This document shows positions 46,399 through 52,288 of a DNA stretch of 52,288 nucleotides, one piece after another. Origin of the DNA: Chthoniobacteraceae bacterium (GTDB lineage: Bacteria; Verrucomicrobiota; Verrucomicrobiia; Chthoniobacterales; Chthoniobacteraceae). The position numbers were made by a program, and so were the translations under genes. The notes beneath the pieces were generated by a model that saw only the letters and a program-made list of their open reading frames with translations, had not been told where the DNA came from and ran no database searches. The stretch's first letter is position 1. The number at the start of each line of letters is the position of its first letter. Location of the stretch: positions 1 to 52,288 of the forward strand of contig JANNWY010000014.1 of NCBI GenBank assembly GCA_031409335.1, in the 5' to 3' direction.

Positions 46399-46722
46399 TC
46401 AAATCGTGAGCGACCGCGAACAGGTTTCTTGTCGCAGCGCCGTCTCCCGGCAGCGGTTCGCGATCACCTGCTCCCTTTTCAATTGGCACGCGACCGCGGC
46501 GACATGCACCGCGTCTCTGCTGAAACTCGGATTGTCGCGGAAGTAGGCTTCCACCCGCTTTTCAATCTCAGGATCGTTCAGAGCCTCGACGCCTGCCCCC
46601 AGCGCCTCCTTCAGTTTTTGGCGGTAGAAGTCATCTGGAATCTCCCCTGCCCGCGAAGGTGTCGCGCTGCCGCCGTCAGCTCTGGTCGAAAGATTGGCAA
46701 TTCGTCGAATCACAATCCCCAC
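46399..46722 (-). CDS. Hypothetical ICE protein (start uncertain)
   Basis: The 3' ~100 codons look protein-like (DDFYRQKLKEALG...VEAYFRDNPSF) and the stop lies 1 nt before the helicase ATG. The track's upstream extension runs through hairpin DNA. Confidence 0.45.
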   Translation of the reverse strand: MGIVIRRIANLSTRADGGSATPSRAGEIPDDFYRQKLKEALGAGVEALNDPEIEKRVEAYFRDNPSFSRDAVHVAAVACQLKREQVIANRCRETALRQETCSRSLTI

Positions 46723-46748
46723 GATGAACGAAAACGCCAATTGGACGG

Positions 46749-46919
46749 CTCCGCCGGTGGAGCAACTTTTACCGGCGGAGTCCGCCCCTCGATGTGGCCG
46801 CGCAACAGCGTGGAGCGGCGACATCATTTGCTTTGCGTGGCGGGCGGGGAACAAAGTCTTTCGCCTTTGGAGCAAGCCCGCGGCAGCGAAGGCGGCGCGG
46901 AAAAGGCGAAAGTCTTTGT
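46749..46919. other. Hairpin-rich intergenic region (candidate ssDNA-folding signal)
   Basis: CTCCGCCGGT/ACCGGCGGAG (46749-46780) and an 18-bp stem ACAAAGTCTTTCGCCTTT/AAAGGCGAAAGTCTTTGT (46851-46919) with one T-T mismatch. Confidence 0.65.
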
Positions 46920-46947
46920 GCGGCGGCGCGGCGTGGCCCGTCGAAGG

Positions 46948-47337
46948 TCAGACCTTCACGCCCGCTGCCGGAGTCTGCTTCGGCGCGGTCGCTCTCATCG
47001 TCTGGCGGGCAATGGAAATCATCGCCTTTTCCCGCTGCTCCTCGGGCATGTTTTTCACCATGTTCTGAATGCTCGCTTTCATCTCCGGGTTTTCGTCCAG
47101 CTTCCGCATGATGGATTTCTCCATCTTCTGCGTGCGGTCCTCCTTTTGGATTTCGGTGAGGACGAGCGCGCGGGCCATGCGATCAGGCGTCATGGATTGA
47201 ACGTAGTCCCAATACTTCGGATTGTTCTTAATGTAGTCGTCGATCTTGGCGTTGACCTGCGGGTTTTCCTTAAACTGCGGCTGCTGGCCGTCCTGCGCTG
47301 CGTCGCCGGGTTCTGCTTTTGGTTTTCCTTTGAGCAT
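46948..47337 (-). CDS. Hypothetical helical ICE protein
   Basis: Clean 129-aa ORF with protein-like composition, co-oriented with the operon. Confidence 0.7.
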   Translation of the reverse strand: MLKGKPKAEPGDAAQDGQQPQFKENPQVNAKIDDYIKNNPKYWDYVQSMTPDRMARALVLTEIQKEDRTQKMEKSIMRKLDENPEMKASIQNMVKNMPEEQREKAMISIARQTMRATAPKQTPAAGVKV

Positions 47338-47370
47338 AAGTAGTAGTTTCTTATTAAGTGTCGCGATGGG

Positions 47371-47589
47371 TTAGTGAGCTGCGGCGAGCAGTCCCGACGA
47401 ATGGAAGATCGTGGAACAGCAAATGTCGGCGAGGTCGATACCGTCCTCCTCGTTTTCGACGATGAGCGACATAAGGAACGGAATGCCCGGTGACTTACCG
47501 AGCCGCCGTGTGATCTCCTGATCCGCTTGAACATACATTTCGTATTTCTCCGCACTGACTTCGATGGTGATGTGGTGTGTGTCTTTCAT
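47371..47589 (-). CDS. Small hypothetical protein, possibly ribbon-helix-helix
   Basis: ATG 47589 after an A-rich leader; alternating strand HITIEVS followed by two helical segments. Confidence 0.55.
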   Translation of the reverse strand: MKDTHHITIEVSAEKYEMYVQADQEITRRLGKSPGIPFLMSLIVENEEDGIDLADICCSTIFHSSGLLAAAH

Positions 47590-47635
47590 GTTTTTGGTTT
47601 TGGTTTCTTTGACGCGAAAAGGCGGGCGATGAAAT

Positions 47636-48229
47636 TCACCACTCGGACTTTTCAAATTGTTCCGGCAGTCGCTTGGCCGGCGTTGCGGATGGTTTCGCGC
47701 GCAACTGTTCTTCCAGCGCATCGAGCCTTTGCCTGGCGGTATCGACCTCCTGTTTGAGTTGTGCGTTTTGCGCGGCGTTCTGTTGCGTCTGCTGGAGTTT
47801 TCCCGCCAGTTCCCCGAGCTTTTGCGTTACCGCTTGCCCACATTGCATCATGGCCTTGGTGGCTTCCTTCTGCTGGTTCAATTCCGCGACCAGCTCATCG
47901 CCAGCGGGCGAAAGCGTTCGGGCACTATCACGAACGCGAACCGGACCGAGCGGCACCGCGGTCGGCTCATTCGGATGCAGATTCCATTTCGCCGTAGTCT
48001 CCACGCGATAGATGCTGTGACCCTCGTGCATGATGCGCCGGTTGCTGGGATCGACGTAGCGGCCAAGTGGGTAGGCTTTGATGTTCTCGGCATAGCGCAC
48101 GCTCTCCATGCCATCGTTCGCGAACGTTGTTCCTGGCACAGCGCGAGCACTCATGTCCACGATACGGGCGGGCTTCGTCGCGCACGCGCCAAGCACGAAA
48201 GGCATTGAAATGAGCAGAGCGAGTTTCAT
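47636..48229 (-). CDS. Coiled-coil lipoprotein of the conjugation operon
   Basis: Lipobox LGAC; C-terminal Q/E-rich coiled coil; coupled to the virB10-like stop. Confidence 0.7.
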   Translation of the reverse strand: MKLALLISMPFVLGACATKPARIVDMSARAVPGTTFANDGMESVRYAENIKAYPLGRYVDPSNRRIMHEGHSIYRVETTAKWNLHPNEPTAVPLGPVRVRDSARTLSPAGDELVAELNQQKEATKAMMQCGQAVTQKLGELAGKLQQTQQNAAQNAQLKQEVDTARQRLDALEEQLRAKPSATPAKRLPEQFEKSEW

Positions 48230-49362
48230 CAGCGGGGAGTGGGTTGTGGAGTAACGATGCTCGGGAGCAGCGAACGGGGCGTACCGCCTGACTCCGAGTT
48301 AGGCACGGTGAGGCGTTGCAGATTCTTCCGCAGGCGCACCAACGGATCGTTCGGGTCTTCCTTTTCCTCCTCGGTGCCTTTGCTTGCGACGAGCCGGGTT
48401 CCGCCGATGATCGCCTCCGAGCGGTCAATCGTCTGCGTCACATAAAGGTAGAACTGTTTGCCTGCGGCCACCCGGACGTAGAAGCCATCGCGCTGGATCG
48501 TTTCGAGGATCTGTTTCGCATAGGTATTGAGCACTTGTTGCGCGCCAACGAGCGGCGCGTTTTGCAGCGAGGGCGCGGTCTGGCTGCCGAAGATAGTTTG
48601 CTCCTTCTCCGTCAGCCCGCTGGCTGCGCCGCTCAGGAAGCTCGCGGCGAAAAGTTTGATCTCCGCTAGGTCGTCGCTTTTGAGCAGCTCGCCGCGCAAG
48701 CCTGCGCTGCCATCCGTGATGCCCCATCCGTTGCCGTCCGCCTGTTTCTCGCGGTCGAGCGCGAGACCGTTCACGGTTAGTTCTTCACCGCCCTGCCACA
48801 CGAGCGTCCAATTTCCGCTGCTGGCGATCCGCTCGCGCACACGATCCACCTTCGCAGTGCCGTGGACTTCGGTGCCTGCGGGAATGATGAGTCGCCCGTT
48901 GTGCCAGATGTCATCGGTCACTAGGCCGATGATCGGCGTGTTGATTGAGGACGAATCGACAGTCACGATCAACTCGCACTGCACCAATCGGCCAAACGGC
49001 GCGTAGTCAGAGCCGAGTGTGTCCACCGTTTTGTCCGTGCTCACCGTTTCCGCGTAGAGGCTGATCGGCGGCAAGCCCGGCGGCGGTTCCGGCTTCTTTC
49101 GCTCGGGCAAAGGCGCTGGCGTTGCTGGTGGCGGCAGTTCCTTTGGCGGATTGAACGCGGTCATATCCCGCGTGACCGTTTCGACCACCTGGGCCTTTCG
49201 TTCCGTCTGCTCCGGGCCTTTGACGATGGGTTTCACCAGCGCACTCATATTCGGCACGCCGAACCCATTCACTAGATAGTAGCCGATACCCAAGAGCAGC
49301 AAAAAGAGCAGGAAGGCTCCCGTGCGACTGCGAAAGAAATTGATCGCACTGCGCGGACTCAT
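48229..49362 (-). CDS. virB10: TrbI/VirB10-family T4SS protein
   Basis: N-terminal TM, Pro-rich linker, APFGRLVQCEL..TVDSS..PIIGLVTDDIW..LIIPAGTEVHG, DGSAGLRG, YVRVAAG. Confidence 0.78.
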   Translation of the reverse strand: MSPRSAINFFRSRTGAFLLFLLLLGIGYYLVNGFGVPNMSALVKPIVKGPEQTERKAQVVETVTRDMTAFNPPKELPPPATPAPLPERKKPEPPPGLPPISLYAETVSTDKTVDTLGSDYAPFGRLVQCELIVTVDSSSINTPIIGLVTDDIWHNGRLIIPAGTEVHGTAKVDRVRERIASSGNWTLVWQGGEELTVNGLALDREKQADGNGWGITDGSAGLRGELLKSDDLAEIKLFAASFLSGAASGLTEKEQTIFGSQTAPSLQNAPLVGAQQVLNTYAKQILETIQRDGFYVRVAAGKQFYLYVTQTIDRSEAIIGGTRLVASKGTEEEKEDPNDPLVRLRKNLQRLTVPNSESGGTPRSLLPSIVTPQPTPR

Positions 49363-50267
49363 TTTGCGAATCCTCCCCGTTTGTCGCGTGGCACACTTTG
49401 CGCCGCCTTGGGTGTTGCCGCTTCGGCAGTGGTAAGCAGCACCGTGAAATCGTTCTTGGTCGAAACGTCGTTGCGCCCGCCGTTCGGTGTCCCTGTGATG
49501 GCGAAGTAAGCTGGCGTGTCGCTCTTCGGCGGCATCACGCCGCTCGCATCGCTAATGGACTGCGAAAAGAGACGTTCACCGACGCGCAGCGAAAACCCTT
49601 GCGGCTCGTAGTGAATCTCTTTGTCCGTCTTGTTTCGCAGCACGACGCGGAAGACGAGCGTATCCTGCGGATCGAAACGGAAAACCTCTTCCACGCGAAC
49701 TTCGTAAGCGTTGTAGTCCATTATTCGCGGCGTCTCGCCATAGGTCACGTAATCCACCTGCTCGACGGCTTCTGGATGGCTCGCCTTCAAAACGGGATAA
49801 GCCTTGGCCTTGTCGAGCAAGCCGACGAGCGAGCCGGGCGTAACCAACCTTTTTGCGAACGATGACTTCCCGGTATCCGTGGGATATTTGAAAATCACCG
49901 AGAGCTGCGGCGTGGTGCTGTCCTGCAATTCCAGCACGTAAGTCTTGTTATTCCAACGGACGTTGACGTTCGTCGTCGCGCCTTTGACCAGACTGCGCAC
50001 TGAGAAGAAGTAGGAGCCCGGTTTGTGCGCCAACGGAAACAAACCGGGCATCTTTCCGTCCGTCGTTACAAGGGCCGCATCAATCGCGGAAATCGGCCCC
50101 GGAAAGCTCACCGTAGTCACCCGCGAGAATGACACCGGCACTGCGCAAACGCTGTGCTCATCGAGGTCACGCTCTTGAATCTGCTTCGCCTCAACAGCCA
50201 GCGAATAAGCGTGGACAACGAGGAGGACTGCGAGCAAGAGGAGTGGAGACTTACCGTGCCGGTTCAT
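49359..50267 (-). CDS. VirB9/TraK-like secreted T4SS protein
   Basis: Signal peptide, VTTVSFPGPI, beta-rich; lies between the virB8-like and virB10-like genes. Confidence 0.55.
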   Translation of the reverse strand: MNRHGKSPLLLLAVLLVVHAYSLAVEAKQIQERDLDEHSVCAVPVSFSRVTTVSFPGPISAIDAALVTTDGKMPGLFPLAHKPGSYFFSVRSLVKGATTNVNVRWNNKTYVLELQDSTTPQLSVIFKYPTDTGKSSFAKRLVTPGSLVGLLDKAKAYPVLKASHPEAVEQVDYVTYGETPRIMDYNAYEVRVEEVFRFDPQDTLVFRVVLRNKTDKEIHYEPQGFSLRVGERLFSQSISDASGVMPPKSDTPAYFAITGTPNGGRNDVSTKNDFTVLLTTAEAATPKAAQSVPRDKRGGFAK

Positions 50268-50928
50268 ATTTGAAATCGCTCACCGCAGTTGGGAACCGCC
50301 CGTTCCTGGTCATGTCAGGATTTCGGCGCATCTTGAAGGACAGCTTGAACGGAATGGATTCGCTGAATGCCTTCTGCTCGAAAATGCCGGTGCGGATTAG
50401 TTGCCCGGTTACTTGCGTCATGACAAAGTCCTCCCGCGTTTCGAGGATGTCGATTTTTGCAACTTCGGGCTTTTGGTGAAGCTGCTTGGATTTCATCTCA
50501 TCCGTCTCAGTGAGAATTTGTTTCTGCGCCTTCTCGCAGGCGTATTTCAGGAATGCCTGTCTGAGCAGGTCGGGACTATCGAAGCCCTTCGGATTGCGCT
50601 CCAGAAATGCCATCGTTGCCAGCGTGCTTTGCTGCGCGTGAAAATCCTTTGCCTCCTGAAAATCCATCAACGGCGAAACAAAGTATGTGCCCGCCGGATC
50701 GACGATAACCACTCGCTCCCGTTGCTTGAGTTTCTGAATGAGAAAGTATGGCTGCGCCGCGGCGAAGATGATCGCCAGCACTGCGACGCAGAACCACAGG
50801 AAGGCCGTGCGGTCCTTGTCCACGAAAACGCGCGTTGGATTCGCAGTGCTGCGCGATAGCGATGCGGGATTGGTCTTCACCGGCGTTTCGCGGACAGGCT
50901 GTGGACTCGCTTCGCTCGCGCTGCTCAT
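50251..50928 (-). CDS. VirB8/TrbF-like T4SS protein
   Basis: Single N-terminal TM followed by RVVIVDPAG and an NTF2-like periplasmic domain ending RNPD...FPTAVSDF; synteny. Confidence 0.6.
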   Translation of the reverse strand: MSSASEASPQPVRETPVKTNPASLSRSTANPTRVFVDKDRTAFLWFCVAVLAIIFAAAQPYFLIQKLKQRERVVIVDPAGTYFVSPLMDFQEAKDFHAQQSTLATMAFLERNPKGFDSPDLLRQAFLKYACEKAQKQILTETDEMKSKQLHQKPEVAKIDILETREDFVMTQVTGQLIRTGIFEQKAFSESIPFKLSFKMRRNPDMTRNGRFPTAVSDFKYEPAR

Positions 50929-52079
50929 GCCTTGCCTCCACCCTGTTTGGATTGGTCGATCATATGCTGCACTTCACGGTCATTGCTGGCATCAGCAGCA
51001 TTGAAAGGCTTCGCCGCAGGGGCGGGCGTGCTGCTTTGCGCGCTGGCCTGGCTTTGTCCACCTCCACCGCCGCCGGATGATTTGCTGCTTCGCGGCAGAC
51101 TGTGGGCGAGTTGCTGCACCATCGAACCGCTCAAGGGCGAGCCTCCGCCTTGCATCGTCGAACCGGCGAGGCTCCCCGCCGCCGCCGCTCCGGCCCCCGC
51201 CAGCGCGCCCGTCGCGCCCGTGCCGGCGGTTGCCAGCGTAGCCGCCGCTCCCGCTCCCGCTGAGACGGCAGCCGCTCCGGCGGTCATCGCCCCACCAAGC
51301 AGCGCGCTCCCGATCTGCGCGCCGGAGGCAATGGCCAACTGGATGATGACCGGCGCAATGAGCGTTGTAACGATGATCCATCCCCCAACCGCGGCAGCGG
51401 CCAGCATAGTCTGAAGACCATAGACGTTCGTTAAGACCACGAGTCCTTGTTCGGTGGCCACGTCGATCAAGTTACTTGTCCCGATGGATGCCGCCGCCCA
51501 TCCGAGCGGCCACGCTAGAATGCCAACCGTGCCCATGATAAAGCGAAGACCAACAGTGCTCGTGGATCGCAGCGCCAGCATACTGAGAAAAATAGGTGCA
51601 AACGAGTAAGCCAGACCCGTCAAAAACTGCTGCACGATGTAGGCTGCCCAAATGATGAACTGCGCCAGCAAGCCGATGAGGGTGAGGATTCCCCAAAGCA
51701 GCGCCTCATAGAGCTGCGCCACGCTCGGCAGTCCGAACCAGCCTTCCTTCTCTTTCGGCTGTTCTTTCGAGACTAGAATATCGACGTATCGCTGCGCAGC
51801 CTGTTCCGGGTTCGCGTCCATCTTCGCAACCACAGTCTTGAAGGCTTCCTTAGCTTGGTCCGTCCAGCTACCCCACAGCGCGATTGACATGACAAGCATC
51901 ATGGTCGTGACGATCGGGCGCACCATTGAGCGGGGCGTTTGTGAGTGTTTCACCACGGCGATCAAGCCAGAGACGAGCAGCACTGCGGCAATAGGCAGGA
52001 GGATCGTGTAGAGCGTCGTGCATTGCGTCTGGAAGCTTGGGAACAGACGTTGAAATGTCGGAAGAGCAGCGAGGAACAT
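50925..52079 (-). CDS. VirB6/TrbL-like polytopic membrane protein
   Basis: Several TMs, APIFLSML, WPLGW, Gly/Ala-rich C-terminal tail typical of TrbL. Confidence 0.7.
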   Translation of the reverse strand: MFLAALPTFQRLFPSFQTQCTTLYTILLPIAAVLLVSGLIAVVKHSQTPRSMVRPIVTTMMLVMSIALWGSWTDQAKEAFKTVVAKMDANPEQAAQRYVDILVSKEQPKEKEGWFGLPSVAQLYEALLWGILTLIGLLAQFIIWAAYIVQQFLTGLAYSFAPIFLSMLALRSTSTVGLRFIMGTVGILAWPLGWAAASIGTSNLIDVATEQGLVVLTNVYGLQTMLAAAAVGGWIIVTTLIAPVIIQLAIASGAQIGSALLGGAMTAGAAAVSAGAGAAATLATAGTGATGALAGAGAAAAGSLAGSTMQGGGSPLSGSMVQQLAHSLPRSSKSSGGGGGGQSQASAQSSTPAPAAKPFNAADASNDREVQHMIDQSKQGGGKA

Positions 52080-52288
52080 CAGGGTGCGCTGGGTGTCGGC
52101 GTGGCCTGCGGCTTGCCAAAGCGCAGGTCGCTCGTGGTGTCCGGTTTCAGAAACTCGACGGTCTTTCTCAGCGCCTCATGTGTCGCGCGGGCGTGCTTGC
52201 GCTGCTCCGCTCGGTATGAAACCAACGCCCACACGCTTGCGGCGATGATCGCGAATGCCGCGAGCAGGAGCAAAAGACGAATTTGCCG
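52079..52288 (-). CDS. Small membrane protein upstream of the virB6-like gene (5' truncated by window edge); possibly entry exclusion
   Basis: Frame is open to the window edge with one TM segment; position matches eex-type genes. Confidence 0.45.
   Translation of the reverse strand, partial: RQIRLLLLLAAFAIIAASVWALVSYRAEQRKHARATHEALRKTVEFLKPDTTSDLRFGKPQATPTPSAP

Larger units (their letters stand above)
31850..52288 (-). mobile_element. Probable integrative conjugative element or plasmid-derived region; left boundary approximate, extends past the window
   Basis: T4SS operon, DarB-like methylase-helicase, TA pair and defence cargo all lie on the - strand, an abrupt switch from the + strand catabolic array. 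No integrase, relaxase or att site of the ICE itself is visible. Confidence 0.6.

Noticed and set aside
1..52288. tRNA, rRNA, CRISPR arrays, DDE transposases
   Set aside because: None recognised by eye; tRNAscan, Infernal, CRISPR and IS searches would be needed to exclude them formally.

Overview
GC-rich bacterial DNA, most likely from the PVC superphylum and probably Verrucomicrobia (inferred from DUF1501/PSD1 genes and gene content). The window has two halves. (1) 1-31.7 kb is an uninterrupted + strand run of mostly secreted or periplasmic genes: DUF1501 and planctomycete cytochrome c proteins, a duplicated GH99/WbsX-like gene (second copy frameshifted and fused to a zinc peptidase), an EamA transporter, several glycoside-hydrolase-like and SGNH proteins, a Gfo/Idh/MocA oxidoreductase, a nucleoside-hydrolase fusion and a TIM-barrel protein, ending in a truncated gene remnant. 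(2) ~31.85-52.3 kb is mobile DNA. It holds an intact RIT element (three tyrosine recombinases, perfect 32-bp terminal inverted repeats, adjacent 22-bp palindrome) inserted in a hairpin-rich non-coding region, then two ~205-bp structurally conserved direct repeats flanking a Cys-rich CWC/DUF5522 gene. These are followed by a Lamassu (ABC-three-component) defence operon, a vapBC-type pair with a nonsense-mutated toxin, a DarB-like methyltransferase-SF2 helicase carrying a QLSLF clamp motif and an overprinted TnpV-like gene, and a divergent VirB6/8/9/10-type conjugation operon that runs off the right edge (probable ICE). No rRNA, tRNA or CRISPR array was seen. All family assignments come from motif recognition, not database searches.
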